DNA of 64,000 nt from Rhizomicrobium sp. (GCA_036490455.1 DASXDS010000007.1:855-64854), one strand, 5' to 3'; numbered from the stretch's first letter, positions 50,305-60,721 are shown. The notes: a model not told the origin generated them from the letters alone. Made by a program: numbers and translations.

Positions 50305-51507
50305 ATGGCGTTCATTCGGATTTCGGGATTGTTCCTTTATCTCCTGGTCGTGTTGTCTTGTCTTGGCCTGCCCAACGAAGCTTCGGCCCAGCAACAAGTC
50401 GATCAAGCTGCGCTGCATGCGCTCGAACGCCGATCGATCGAAACGCAAAGCGATGCGGTTCTCGTCTATCTCGATGGGAAACAGATATTCGACTATCGTT
50501 CGAAGGCGCCGCGCGAGCCAATGTACTTGATGTCGTGCACCAAATCGATCACCGGCCTCGCGGTGATGGAGGCCATTACCGAAGGCAAGATCACAAGCAT
50601 CGACGAACCGGTCTACAAATTTTTCCCGGAATTGAACCAGGGCCGCAAGAAGCTCATCACCATACGCATGCTTCTGTCGATGACGTCCGGTATCCAGCAC
50701 ATCGGTACCGGCAACGAGGTTTACGCGGCGCCAGATTCGGTAAAACAGGCTGTCGCGGCAGAACTTGCGGACGCGCCCGGATCGGTGTTCAGCTACAACA
50801 ACAAGGCGGTGTCCCTTCTCGCAGGCATCGTCCAGATCGCCACCGGCGAGCAATTGGACGCATACGCCGACGAACATTTTTTCACCCCGATGGGGATTTC
50901 TGATTGGCGATGGGAGCGGGACACGGCCGGCAATCCCTACGCGATGGCCGATCTGAAGTTGCAGCCGGAAGACTTTGCCAAGTTCGGCACGCTGATCCTT
51001 CAGAAGGGCCAATGGCAGGGCAAACAACTGATCGCCGCAAACTGGGTTGACGAGCTGGGCCGGCAATCCCAACCGTATGAGCCGTTGTATGGACTTTTGT
51101 GGTGGCGAATACCGGCACAGGCAAGCGGCACTGTGACGGACAAGCACCTCGCCGCGCTCTCGACCGGCGGGCTCGATCGCGCACTGGTCGACAAGCTCCA
51201 ACAGCTGCGGGGCAAGACCTTCCAGACCCAAACCCAGTGGCATCGCGCGCTTGCCGGCGTCATTCCCGATTGGGAGGACAAAGTCTACATTCCCGGGGTG
51301 ATCGGTCCTTACGCCATGGATGTGCCGACCTGGACGTATCAAGGCTTCGACGGCGTTTCGGCGGAAGGTTATCTGGGCCAATACCTGGTGGTCTTCCCAA
51401 GCCGCAAGCTTGTGGCAATCAGAATGATCAATTCACGCGATGGCTACGACTTCATCAAGAACCGGTTCGAGGATTTCCCGGACGCGGTGCGGGCTCTGGC
51501 GCATTAG
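50305..51507 (+). CDS. secreted serine hydrolase (beta-lactamase/PBP family, class C-like)
   Basis: Signal peptide. SxxK as MSCTK. YxN as SYNN. AT-richer than the flanking queA and tgt. Confidence 0.75.
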   Translation: MAFIRISGLFLYLLVVLSCLGLPNEASAQQQVDQAALHALERRSIETQSDAVLVYLDGKQIFDYRSKAPREPMYLMSCTKSITGLAVMEAITEGKITSIDEPVYKFFPELNQGRKKLITIRMLLSMTSGIQHIGTGNEVYAAPDSVKQAVAAELADAPGSVFSYNNKAVSLLAGIVQIATGEQLDAYADEHFFTPMGISDWRWERDTAGNPYAMADLKLQPEDFAKFGTLILQKGQWQGKQLIAANWVDELGRQSQPYEPLYGLLWWRIPAQASGTVTDKHLAALSTGGLDRALVDKLQQLRGKTFQTQTQWHRALAGVIPDWEDKVYIPGVIGPYAMDVPTWTYQGFDGVSAEGYLGQYLVVFPSRKLVAIRMINSRDGYDFIKNRFEDFPDAVRALAH

Positions 51508-51674
51508 CACGAAGGCTTCGCGCTTCGACGCGCAGTCAGATGTTGACGCGCGGCCTCTCATCGAAGCAAATCCGGCCCGCAGTCGGTCACGCCGGGAGCG
51601 CTTCCCGATCGTTTTTCTTGGGCGCGATTGCCGGTCTATTCCTACAGGGGCCCCCGTCTGCTATCCCGCCCGCG

Positions 51675-52808
51675 ATGAGCTCCTTCCGTTTCGAATGCAA
51701 AGTCACCGACGGCGCGGCGCGCACGGGCACGATCCACACCCCGCGCGGCGAAATCCGCACGCCGGCCTTCATGCCGCTTGGGACTGCCGGGACGGTGAAG
51801 GCGATGCTGCCGGAAAGCGTGCGCGAGACCGGCGCCGACATCATCCTGGGCAACACCTATCACCTGATGCTGCGCCCGACGGCGGAGCGGATCGCGGCGC
51901 TCGGCGGACTGCACCGTTTCATGAACTGGCCGCGGCCGATCCTGACCGACAGCGGCGGCTTCCAGGTGATGTCGCTCTCCAAGCTGCGCAAGATCACCGA
52001 AGAGGGCGTTGCCTTCCGCTCGCATGTCGACGGCAGCGAATATTTCCTCTCGCCGGAACGCGCGATGGAGATCCAGCGGCTGCTCGGCTCCGACATCCAG
52101 ATGGTGCTGGACGAATGTCCGGCGTTCGATGCGGACGAAGGGGGAATCGAGAAATCGCTCGCGCTTTCGATGCGCTGGGCGAAGCGCTCGAAAGCGGCGT
52201 TCGGCGAGCAGCCGGGCCATGCCTGTTTCGGCATCGTGCAGGGCGGCGTGTTCGCGCCTTTGCGCCAGCGCTCGGCGCGCCAGCTGGTCGAGATCGGTTT
52301 CGACGGCTACGCAGTCGGCGGTCTCGCGGTGGGCGAGCCGCAGAGCGCGATGTTCGAGACGCTCGACGCCACCACGCCGCATCTGCCGGCCGACCGGCCG
52401 CGCTATCTGATGGGCGTCGGCAAGCCGGACGACATCGCGGGCGCGGTGCTGCGCGGCATCGACATGTTCGATTGCGTGCTGCCGACGCGCTCGGGCCGCA
52501 ACGCGCAGGCGTTCACCCGCTTCGGGACCGTCAACCTGCGTAACGCGCGCCACGCGGACGATCCCGCGCCGCTCGATCCGCAGTGCGGCTGTCCCTGCTG
52601 CCGCAACTACAGCCGCGCCTATCTGCATCACACCGTGAAGGCGAAGGAGATCATCGCCTCGATGCTGCTCACCTGGCACAATCTCACCTATTATCAGGAC
52701 CTGATGGCGGGCCTGCGCGCCGCGATCGAAAATGGTGAAACCGGAGCGTTCGCGGCCGGAATTTTCGCCGCTTTTCCGCGGGAATCCGCCTCCGACGAAA
52801 CGGTTTGA
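51675..52808 (+). CDS. tgt: queuine tRNA-ribosyltransferase
   Basis: ATG at 51675 within track ORF 51099..52808. [22 protein letters not shown], Zn site [16 protein letters not shown]. Confidence 0.95.
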   Translation: MSSFRFECKVTDGAARTGTIHTPRGEIRTPAFMPLGTAGTVKAMLPESVRETGADIILGNTYHLMLRPTAERIAALGGLHRFMNWPRPILTDSGGFQVMSLSKLRKITEEGVAFRSHVDGSEYFLSPERAMEIQRLLGSDIQMVLDECPAFDADEGGIEKSLALSMRWAKRSKAAFGEQPGHACFGIVQGGVFAPLRQRSARQLVEIGFDGYAVGGLAVGEPQSAMFETLDATTPHLPADRPRYLMGVGKPDDIAGAVLRGIDMFDCVLPTRSGRNAQAFTRFGTVNLRNARHADDPAPLDPQCGCPCCRNYSRAYLHHTVKAKEIIASMLLTWHNLTYYQDLMAGLRAAIENGETGAFAAGIFAAFPRESASDETV

Positions 52809-52845
52809 CCGGGCAGGCCCATCCCCCTATGTTCCGCCGCCCTTG

Positions 52846-52920
52846 GGGCCCGTAGCTCAGTGGTAGAGCATCTGACTTTTAATCAGAGGGTCGATGGTTC
52901 GATACCATCCGGGCTCACCA
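52846..52920 (+). tRNA. tRNA-Lys (anticodon UUU), CCA encoded
   Basis: Manual fold. Acceptor GGGCCCG/CGGGCTC, D-arm GCTCAGTGGTAGAGC, anticodon loop CTTTTAA, T-arm GGTTCGATACC, discriminator A plus CCA. Confidence 0.9.
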
Positions 52921-53137
52921 TTTAATCAAGGGCTTAGCTTAGAAGCCCTCCGGTTGAGGTAGGCGTCGATTGTCTTGATCGTGTCGTGCATCGACCACGA
53001 GACATACTCCCCTAGCTCTTCGCCGCCAGAGGTCTACTGAGATTCCGCTTTGCGCACGATCTCATGGATGGTCTCCATTTTCCGTCAGTGTAGCACCCAC
53101 GGTGTCAATGCTCGCAGGGATCACTTTGGGGATAACA

Positions 53138-53512
53138 CTATTGGAAGTCCACGTAGTGGAACTCGGATGATCCGAAAAGGCCAGTTTTCACCAAGCCTGA
53201 GAGTATCCACTTTCCGTTGTCGAGGTGCCGCAACTCAGCGTTAGTTTTAACAACGTCAAGGTAAACGAAATAGATCATTCGAACCCCACCTGCGCAATCC
53301 GAAACGCCATATACGTCGACTGCCACACTGTTCGGGTTCGCAGTTCGCCAAAGTGCGTTCGATGCAGTTTGTATCTTGTCGTCTGATGGCCGTGGAGTGT
53401 TACACGCGTCATAAACACGCGGTGCAGCGGCAATTGGCGCTTTAGCGGGTGGATTGCATGCAGCCAGAACCAAGCAAGAGGCGCAAGCCGCAATCTTGAA
53501 AAGTCGTGTCAT
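53138..53512 (-). CDS. hypothetical lipoprotein (AT-rich, island-borne)
   Basis: Track ORF 53138..53524. MTRLFKIAACASCLVLAAC lipobox. No recognised family. Confidence 0.45.
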   Translation of the reverse strand: MTRLFKIAACASCLVLAACNPPAKAPIAAAPRVYDACNTPRPSDDKIQTASNALWRTANPNSVAVDVYGVSDCAGGVRMIYFVYLDVVKTNAELRHLDNGKWILSGLVKTGLFGSSEFHYVDFQ

Positions 53513-53731
53513 CGTGTCCCCCACCGTTCCAGAAAGACTACCCTCGCTCTACCACTTATTTTGAGGCATGTGACGTAAAGAAACAGGCCGCCCGAAAGCA
53601 GGCTGTTTGAAGTCAGGTCAGGGCGGTGCAGATGCCGTGGATGACGTTGTGAAGCTGCCGGGTCGCGCCGGGATTTTCAGCGACGCGGCCGGTGAGCGCA
53701 TAGGTCGTTGCATTGAAGAGCCTCCACGCCG

Positions 53732-53848
53732 TTTTCCGAGCGTGTATTCGGCCAGCCGCCGCTTCGCCTCGCTACGAGCGTCTTGGAGGCTCAGGATGCC
53801 CACGCGGCCGATGGTCTTTCGGTCGCGGCGGTCTTGCGGTGCGACCAG
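53732..53848 (-). pseudogene. remnant of a tyrosine-recombinase (phage-type integrase) N-terminal domain
   Basis: Manual translation gives ...RRDRKTIGRVGILSLQDARSEAKRRLAEYTLGK. This matches the conserved '..R.TIGRYP.ISLAEAR.EAKR.LAE' segment of DUF4102-type integrases as I recall it. The similarity disappears after LGK and no catalytic domain follows. Confidence 0.55.
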
Positions 53849-55398
53849 AACTTGCGGACCGGCGCGTTGTAGTCCTCAACCACCTCGCTTTTGACGTCGA
53901 AGACCATCGAGGTGCGCCGTGTGGTGGAATAGGTCGGCCATGACGGGATCAGCGTGTTGTCTGGGACACCGCTGCGCGCAAAAGCGAGCCAGCTTTCGCT
54001 CATGGCGTCGGCGACCGTCTGCGGCTGCGGTCCATCGCCGACGAAGGCGCGTGTCCTTTCTACATTGTCGAACATGAGCGGGATGTCGAGCGCGTGAGGG
54101 CTGCGGAAACGGCCGCCCAGCACGGGCGTCTCCCAGCCCAGCACGTAATGGAACACGGGCGCCCGCGCAGCGGTGCTGCGGCCTTCGGTCAGCTGCACCG
54201 TTGGATACCAGGCTCCCAGATCGCCCAAGAGGCCGGTCATCAGATAGCCGGGTGGTTCATCCGGCCGCAGTTCTCTGTAGAACGCCAGCGCATCGGCCAT
54301 CGGCTCGCCCGAAACCATGGCGCAGATCTGGCCGGCCTCTTCAAGCGACAGGGAGGCGAAATTCGGAAGGATCGAGAAGTGCATCGCCAGCTCGTCCTTC
54401 GTGGTGCCGATCACGAGCGGTACATCGGGAAACAGCGCATGGGATCTCGGATCGCCGGGATGATGCGGCAGATCCCGCTCGTCAATCATCGGCTGCCAGC
54501 ATCCCATCGAACCGTCGAGGATGCGGACGCCTTGCATCTTCGCTTCCGTCGCGAGAGACGCTTCGACCATGCGCGGCCACGGTACGGTTTCGATCTGACT
54601 CAAGGTCGCTTTGGTGAGGCCGAGCTCCGCGAGCAGCGCATGCGCGGTCTTCGCCGAGCGCTCGCGCGTGTTGGCGTGCACGAACGGTCCGCTCTGAACG
54701 ATTGCGCGATGGAAAAGGCCGCATGCCGCCGGCATGCTCAGCATCGCGAGGACTTTGCCGCCACCACCCGACTCTCCGAAGATGGTGACGTTGCCGGGAT
54801 CGCCGCCGAACGCCGCGATGTTGTCGCGAACCCATTCCAGCGCAAGGACGATGTCGTGCATACCGCTGTTGCCGGAGTGCTCGTATTCGGAGTCGAACTC
54901 ACCCAGATACAGGTGCCCGAACACATTCAGGCGATGGTTCAGCGTGACGATCACCGCGTTGCCGCGCGCGCTCAGCCGCGAGCCATCGATCAGCGGCGTC
55001 GAGCCGCAACCGCGCGCAAACCCGCCGCCGTGCAGCCACACCATGACCGGACGTTGTTCCGCGTCGACCCCCGGTGTCCACACATTCAGGCTCAGGCAGT
55101 CTTCGCCGACATGAAGCATCGACGGATCGGCCTCGAACATCTGTCCGAAGATCGTCGACGGATCGGGTTGCGAGGCCTTGACGTCCTGGGGACAGACTTC
55201 TCCGAATTCGAGCGCGTCGCGCACCCCGCTCCAGCCCTGCGTTTTGCGCGGGGGCCGAAAACGCTGCGCACCACCGGCCGGTTCTCCATAAGGGATGCCC
55301 TTGAATATCGTGACGCCGGCCCTCCGCGCGCCCCGAACCTTGCCGCTTTGCAGTTCCGCAACTGTCGTCATGGGCGCCATCTGCTGCCTTCCGCTCAC
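53791..55398 (-). CDS. type B carboxylesterase/lipase family protein
   Basis: 535-aa ORF. GKVRG...FKGIPYGEP N-terminus and nucleophile elbow FGESGGG. The start could be one of three Met codons (55398, 55380 or 55371). Confidence 0.85.
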   Translation of the reverse strand: MSGRQQMAPMTTVAELQSGKVRGARRAGVTIFKGIPYGEPAGGAQRFRPPRKTQGWSGVRDALEFGEVCPQDVKASQPDPSTIFGQMFEADPSMLHVGEDCLSLNVWTPGVDAEQRPVMVWLHGGGFARGCGSTPLIDGSRLSARGNAVIVTLNHRLNVFGHLYLGEFDSEYEHSGNSGMHDIVLALEWVRDNIAAFGGDPGNVTIFGESGGGGKVLAMLSMPAACGLFHRAIVQSGPFVHANTRERSAKTAHALLAELGLTKATLSQIETVPWPRMVEASLATEAKMQGVRILDGSMGCWQPMIDERDLPHHPGDPRSHALFPDVPLVIGTTKDELAMHFSILPNFASLSLEEAGQICAMVSGEPMADALAFYRELRPDEPPGYLMTGLLGDLGAWYPTVQLTEGRSTAARAPVFHYVLGWETPVLGGRFRSPHALDIPLMFDNVERTRAFVGDGPQPQTVADAMSESWLAFARSGVPDNTLIPSWPTYSTTRRTSMVFDVKSEVVEDYNAPVRKFWSHRKTAATERPSAAWAS

Positions 55399-55496
55399 GT
55401 GTCAGACACCCCGGCCGGAGCTTGCCGCTATTGGCGGTGTTGGCGGGTTCGGCACGCGCCGGGTGTCTTATCCTCCGGGCCAGGAGGCAGCCGTCC

Positions 55497-56402
55497 ATGG
55501 ATATCGGAAACTGGGCTACGACCGCGGATCTGAACCCCATTTACACCGATATCCGCGAGCTCGATCTCGAGCGTTGCATCGCCGAGTTCGATGCGTTCGG
55601 TTTCACCGTCATCCCGCCGGAAAAGATCGGGCCGCGCGCGTTCCATGAACGGCTGCGCGATGCGATTCTCGAAGTGCATGAGCGACGGACAGGACACCAT
55701 GTGGACCCCGCCAAGCTATCGTCGGCAACGCTCGACGGCGACCGTCCACTGGCGACGTATTGGTCGCTCCTGGGCGAAGATCCCGTGTTCGAGAAAGCGG
55801 TGATGAATCCCGTCGTCTATGCGATGGCGCGCTATCTCTGCGGAAAAAGCGTCCTGCTCTCCGATGCGATTGCGCTGGTGAAGCGCCGCGACGCAACGCC
55901 GACGCATCTTCTGCATATCGATCAGGCGGGTACGCCGCCGCCGCTGCCGCCCTATCAGCAGGTGATCAACATCACCTGGGCGCTAACCGACTACACCCGG
56001 GACAACGGCGCGGTTGCCATCGTACCGGGCAGTCATCGCTATGGCCGCATGCCAATGGCTTATGAAGAAAACTTCCTCGCCAACGACGCGCCGGTGCCGG
56101 CTATTCCCATCGAGTGCGAAGCGGGTTCGCTGATCATCTGGGGCGGCACGACGTGGCACGGAAGCTATCCGCGCAATGCGCCGGGTCTGCGCGTCAACCT
56201 GATCATGGCGTTCTGCCGCGCCTACATGAAGCAGGTACGCGACTTCCGCAATGAGATGCCGGCGTTTGTCGTCGAGCGCAACGGACCGGAGTTCGCGCAA
56301 CTCATCGGCATGAATGCGCTTTATCCGATCGACAAAGACAAGCCGATGAACATGACGAACCGCAAGGCGTTCCTCGACGCGGGGCTCAATCCCTGGGCGT
56401 GA
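55497..56402 (+). CDS. phytanoyl-CoA dioxygenase (PhyH) family Fe(II)/2OG oxygenase, paralogue 1
   Basis: MDIGNW start within track ORF 55422..56402. HxD as LLHIDQ, distal His in TTWHGSYPR. Confidence 0.8.
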   Translation: MDIGNWATTADLNPIYTDIRELDLERCIAEFDAFGFTVIPPEKIGPRAFHERLRDAILEVHERRTGHHVDPAKLSSATLDGDRPLATYWSLLGEDPVFEKAVMNPVVYAMARYLCGKSVLLSDAIALVKRRDATPTHLLHIDQAGTPPPLPPYQQVINITWALTDYTRDNGAVAIVPGSHRYGRMPMAYEENFLANDAPVPAIPIECEAGSLIIWGGTTWHGSYPRNAPGLRVNLIMAFCRAYMKQVRDFRNEMPAFVVERNGPEFAQLIGMNALYPIDKDKPMNMTNRKAFLDAGLNPWA

Positions 56403-56403
56403 G

Positions 56404-57825
56404 TCACGCCACGCGCGCGGCCCGTTCCTGCCGCTGATGCAGGCGGCGGCGGATGATGTCGTGGCGGCGCGCATCGATCGGGAAATACACCAGTAGCAGC
56501 ACGCCGCCCAGCACCAGGAACGGCACCGGACCGAAGCAATAGACGTATTTCAGTGCCGTGAGCGCCTGCGGCCCGTTGTGCGCGCCGGGATGGAAGCCCA
56601 GCCACTGCAGGATCGGGAGCGTGACGCCGATGCCGGCGGCAGGCGCAACCTTCTGCGCAAAAGACCAGACGCCGAAGAAAATGCCGCCGCGCGGCAGCCG
56701 GTATTTCAGCGTGTCGAAGTCGATGATGTCGCCGATGATGCCCAGCGGCAGCGTGACGAAGCCCGAACTCGTCGCGCCCATGATCGCCAGCAGGCCGACA
56801 TACACCCAGCCGTCGCCCGCTCCGAACAACGGCGTCACCACACCGTACAGCACCATGGTGAAGAGGAGCGAGATGGCAGTCGCGCGGTGCTTGCCGATGC
56901 GCCGGCTGACCCACAGCCAGAACGGCACCGCACCCACCGTCGTGATGGCGAGGATGAAAAGCGCCGGTCCCACGACCGACGGCTGCTTCAGATAATCGTC
57001 TATGAAGAACACCATCGTGGCGCTGGCGACGCTGGTTCCGATCGTGAAGACGACATAGCAGAAACAAAAAAGACGGAACGGCTTGTTCAGGAACAGCGCC
57101 CGAAGCGAGGGCAGCCAGGGAACGTGGACGCGCCGCGTCACCGGCGGTTCTTCGACGAAAGCGATGGCGATGGCGGCCGCGAGCGGCGTGAGCACGATGA
57201 TGGCAAGGCCCATGATCGTCATCGTGAAGCGGTCGACGCCGTGCCCGTAAAGCCCGGTGATCGCGGGAATGCAGGCGGCGAGGACGCCGCCGATCACACC
57301 GGCCGTTTCGCGGAACGCCGCGAGGCGCGAACGCCCGTGATAGGTCTCGACCAGTTCGGTGCCCCAGGCCGAGTAGGAAAGACCGTAGCAGGAGCCGCCT
57401 GCATAGATCACGAACGACGCGATCAACAGGTACCAGCCGCTGACCGGAATCATCGGCGTGAACAGGATGAAAGCGCCGAGCATCAGGATCGGCGTGCCGA
57501 TCATCATCCACAATTTGCGCCGTCCGAAGCGCGAGCGCGACGCATCCGACCACTTGCCGATCATCGGATCGAGGAACACGTCGGCGGCACGCGACAGCAG
57601 AAGAAATCCGCCGACAGCCGACAGGCTCACATGCATCGTGCTGGCGTAATAGGCCGGCAGCAGCAAGGCGACGGGCAGAAACAGAAACGACAGCGGAATG
57701 GATGGCAGGGCGTAGAGCGCAAGCTTGCCGTGCGAGATATCCGGCGCATTTCTGGGTGCGGGAAGCGCGTCGGCCACGGCGTGTTCGGCCTCGCCGATCG
57801 CCGTACTGACTTCCGTCAATGCCAT
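56404..57825 (-). CDS. glycoside-pentoside-hexuronide (GPH)-type MFS cation symporter
   Basis: 473 aa, about 12 TM helices. The signature DVFLDPMIGKWSDASRSRFGRRKLWM corresponds to the MelB/GPH D-P-x-I-G-x-x-S-D-R...GRRRP motif. Confidence 0.8.
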   Translation of the reverse strand: MALTEVSTAIGEAEHAVADALPAPRNAPDISHGKLALYALPSIPLSFLFLPVALLLPAYYASTMHVSLSAVGGFLLLSRAADVFLDPMIGKWSDASRSRFGRRKLWMMIGTPILMLGAFILFTPMIPVSGWYLLIASFVIYAGGSCYGLSYSAWGTELVETYHGRSRLAAFRETAGVIGGVLAACIPAITGLYGHGVDRFTMTIMGLAIIVLTPLAAAIAIAFVEEPPVTRRVHVPWLPSLRALFLNKPFRLFCFCYVVFTIGTSVASATMVFFIDDYLKQPSVVGPALFILAITTVGAVPFWLWVSRRIGKHRATAISLLFTMVLYGVVTPLFGAGDGWVYVGLLAIMGATSSGFVTLPLGIIGDIIDFDTLKYRLPRGGIFFGVWSFAQKVAPAAGIGVTLPILQWLGFHPGAHNGPQALTALKYVYCFGPVPFLVLGGVLLLVYFPIDARRHDIIRRRLHQRQERAARVA

Positions 57826-57841
57826 TTCGAGCCCCGGTTGT

Positions 57842-59293
57842 TCACGCGCGGATCAGCAGGCTGGCTTCGTCCGGCCGCCGCTGCGCCCAGGGCCGCGCTT
57901 TCTCCAGTTGCCCGGCCAGCCGGAACAAGGTCGCTTCGCCGCCGTTGCGCGCCGCGAACTGGATGCCGATCGGAAGCCCGCTTTCGCTCCAGGCGAGCGG
58001 CACGGACATGGCCGGCGATCCGCTCACATTGAAGGGCTGCGTGTTCGGCATGAAGTTGTAGAGCTTTTCGCCGTAACCGGAGAGATCCTGTGCGTTGGTG
58101 TCCATATAGCCGAGCGGCACCGGTAACTGTGCCAGCGTCGACGACATCACAACATCGTAGGTCTCGAAGACCGAGCTGATCTGCCGGCCGATCGCATGGA
58201 TCGTCTGGATCGCGTTGTAATAGGTAACGGCCGTGCTCGCCTTGCTCTCTTCAAAGATGGTCATGGTGAGGGTTTCGACATCGTCGAGGGTGACCGGTCT
58301 GCCGCGGCGTTCGGCTTCGCGCAGAAGCGACGATGCAACGCTGTTCTGAACGCCGATGTTGACGGCTTGCGCCATCGCGATGAAATCGCCGGGCAGGGTC
58401 GGCAGCTCTTCGACGTGGTGACCGAGAGTTTCGAGGAGCCTTGCGGCGTCCTTCACTGCGCCAACGACGGGTTCTTCGAGCTTGCCCCAGGTTAGTGCCG
58501 CGGTGGTGAAGCCGATGCGCAGCTTGCCCGGATCGCGCGCGACCTCTTCCAGAAAAGGACGTTCCGGCGGTGGAGCCCAGTATGGATCGCCGAGCTGCGG
58601 CACGCTCACGATATCGAGAAGCAGGGCACTGTCGCGCACGCTCCGTGTCACGGCGTGCTGCTGCGCCAGCCCGCCCCAGCCTTCGCCGGCAAACGGCGCA
58701 AGAGAGACCCGGCCACGCGACGGCTTCATGCCGAATACGCCGCAGCACGAAGCCGGGGTGCGGATCGAACCCCCGCCGTCGCTGGCATGCGCTGCCGGAA
58801 CGATGCCGGCTGCCACAGCCGCGGCAGAGCCACCCGATGAGCCGCCCGGCGTGAGCGCCAGATTCCACGGATTGTGCGTGGCGCCGAACAGGACCGGTTC
58901 GGTGGTGCAGGCGAGTCCCAGCTCCGGCGTGTTCGTCTTGCCGAAGATCACAAGCCCGGCGCGCCGCAGAGCCGCAACGAGAGCGCTGTCGCGGTCCATC
59001 GTGGTGTTCGCGAACAAGCGCGAGCCGGCCGATGTCGGCACGCCCTTCATGTAAGCGGAGATGTCCTTGAGCAGGAACGGCACGCCCGCCAGTGGACCGT
59101 CACCGGAACCGGATTTGATCGTCTCGCGCGCTTCGGCTTCGAGGCTACGCACAACGGCGTTGATTTGCGGATTGACTGCTTCGCAGCGCGCAAGCGCCGC
59201 GTCGAGCAGTTCGCCGGCGCTGACATCGCGCTGCTTCACAAGCCCGGCAAGGCCGATGGCGTCGTAGTCTGCGTATTCGGTGAAGTTCGCCAT
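57842..59293 (-). CDS. amidase-signature family amidase, paralogue D
   Basis: 483 aa. MANFTEYADYDAIGLAGLV, LLKDI, GGSSGGSAAAVAAG, DGGGSIRTP. Confidence 0.9.
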   Translation of the reverse strand: MANFTEYADYDAIGLAGLVKQRDVSAGELLDAALARCEAVNPQINAVVRSLEAEARETIKSGSGDGPLAGVPFLLKDISAYMKGVPTSAGSRLFANTTMDRDSALVAALRRAGLVIFGKTNTPELGLACTTEPVLFGATHNPWNLALTPGGSSGGSAAAVAAGIVPAAHASDGGGSIRTPASCCGVFGMKPSRGRVSLAPFAGEGWGGLAQQHAVTRSVRDSALLLDIVSVPQLGDPYWAPPPERPFLEEVARDPGKLRIGFTTAALTWGKLEEPVVGAVKDAARLLETLGHHVEELPTLPGDFIAMAQAVNIGVQNSVASSLLREAERRGRPVTLDDVETLTMTIFEESKASTAVTYYNAIQTIHAIGRQISSVFETYDVVMSSTLAQLPVPLGYMDTNAQDLSGYGEKLYNFMPNTQPFNVSGSPAMSVPLAWSESGLPIGIQFAARNGGEATLFRLAGQLEKARPWAQRRPDEASLLIRA

Positions 59294-59327
59294 GGACCGT
59301 CCGTTTGCGCAAAGATGGATCGGGCTG

Positions 59328-60224
59328 TCAGGCAGACGGTGTGTGGTTCGCCCGGTTCACCGCGACCATGCGATCGTATTTCGGACCGGCGCTGCCATAG
59401 CCCTGCCATTTGGTGCGGCCGATCAGGCGCGCGAACTCCGGACCCTGCTTGTCTACGATCTCGTCGGGAACGTCGCTGAAATCTTCCGCCGGATCGACAT
59501 AGTTGCGGCAGAGCGCGGTCACGATGTGCGCCCGCACGGCGGCATCCTTCTTCGGATAGGTGCCGTGCCAGGTGTTGCCGTGGAACACGAAGAGAGAACC
59601 GGGTTTGGCGATGATCGGTATCCCGATGTCGTTTTCGTTCGGTCCGCCCATCATCTTCGGCTGCTCGATCGGGGTGGGATGGCGGCAATAACGATGGCTG
59701 CCCGGCACGATGAAGAACGTGCCGTTCTCCTCGGTGTAATCGGTCAGAATCCAGCTGATGTTGCACACATGGCCGAAGGAGGGGAGCGGCGGCGGCATGC
59801 CGACCGAGTCGCTGTGCACATTGGTGCAGCCGGCTTCCCCTTTCTTGAGGAACGCGACATTGCTGTAGAGGCGGCAACTCGCACCCATCAGATACTGGCC
59901 GAGGGTGAGCGCCACCGGATTCATGATCGCCTCGGCGAAGACGGCGTCCTTCGCGAGCAGATGGAAGAGATTGCGGCCGTAGACCGGGCGGTCCTTCTGG
60001 GCTCGCGTCCCGAGATCGACCGCCATGGGGTCTTCTTCGTCGGCCACTTTCAACAGCGCCGAGAGCATGCGGTCGGCGAACCCTTTGGGCGCAACCTTCT
60101 CCGGCTCGACGACCGTGAAGCCGAACGCTTCGAGTTCGGCGATGTTGGTCTCCACGCCCAGCGCGCGCGCCCGGCGGTAGATTTCATTCAGTTCAGCGGT
60201 GGTCTTCCAGTTGCCGATTTCCAT
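59328..60224 (-). CDS. phytanoyl-CoA dioxygenase (PhyH) family Fe(II)/2OG oxygenase, paralogue 2
   Basis: MEIGNW start at 60224 within track ORF 59328..60341. HxD as NVHSDS, distal His in NTWHGTYPK. Confidence 0.8.
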   Translation of the reverse strand: MEIGNWKTTAELNEIYRRARALGVETNIAELEAFGFTVVEPEKVAPKGFADRMLSALLKVADEEDPMAVDLGTRAQKDRPVYGRNLFHLLAKDAVFAEAIMNPVALTLGQYLMGASCRLYSNVAFLKKGEAGCTNVHSDSVGMPPPLPSFGHVCNISWILTDYTEENGTFFIVPGSHRYCRHPTPIEQPKMMGGPNENDIGIPIIAKPGSLFVFHGNTWHGTYPKKDAAVRAHIVTALCRNYVDPAEDFSDVPDEIVDKQGPEFARLIGRTKWQGYGSAGPKYDRMVAVNRANHTPSA

Positions 60225-60277
60225 GCGTAAAGCCCCGGATTGCAAAGAAGAAAAGACCCGCCAGCGCGCCAAATCCG

Positions 60278-60721
60278 CTATCGGGCGGCCTGCCCGAAGC
60301 CCCGGAAATAGCGATGCAGCGTCCGGCTTTGAAAATACCATGTATCGCCGGCCTTCACGAACCGGTCGCGGAACTCGCCGAAGGTCGGCGGCTTCGACGC
60401 CGGGAGCGGTTCGTCGCCCGGGGTCGTGTCATAGCTCAGCACCGTCAGGTAGCAGATCCCCGTCGCCTGTTGCGGGCCGGTCACGTCGATCGTGAAGTTG
60501 GTACAGATGTGGCGCATGAAGATGCCGCTGGTTCGCCATTGCGCCTGTCCGGCCATGATCGCGTCCAGACCGGAAAACGGCGGGTATTCGGGCAGCGTGA
60601 TCGTGGCATCCTTGACGAACAGTTCGGCGAATTTCGGATCCTGCCGGTCGGCCAGCGTTCCATACCGTTGCTGGAGGCGGATGCACTGAGCTTCGATCGC
60701 CAGCTTTTCTTCTTGTGTCAC
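60278..60721 (-). CDS. NTF2-like (SnoaL_4-type) protein
   Basis: 147 aa. Composition and length fit SnoaL/NTF2-like proteins (IEAQCIRLQQRYGTLAD...FMRHICTN...). Assignment from memory. Confidence 0.55.
   Translation of the reverse strand: MTQEEKLAIEAQCIRLQQRYGTLADRQDPKFAELFVKDATITLPEYPPFSGLDAIMAGQAQWRTSGIFMRHICTNFTIDVTGPQQATGICYLTVLSYDTTPGDEPLPASKPPTFGEFRDRFVKAGDTWYFQSRTLHRYFRGFGQAAR

Noticed and set aside
52921-52955. Hairpin GGGCTT-AGCTTAG-AAGCCC just after tRNA-Lys as a terminator.
   Set aside because: It has only a 6-bp stem and no T-tract. This is too weak to call.
52926-53078. Minus-strand 50-codon frame METIHEIVRKAESQ*TSGGEELGEYVSWSMHDTIKTIDAYLNRRASKLSP with an in-frame TAG (53036-53034) next to the tRNA.
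   Set aside because: It could be a decayed island gene, but it is short, matches no family I recognise, and is interrupted. Evidence is insufficient to call a pseudogene.
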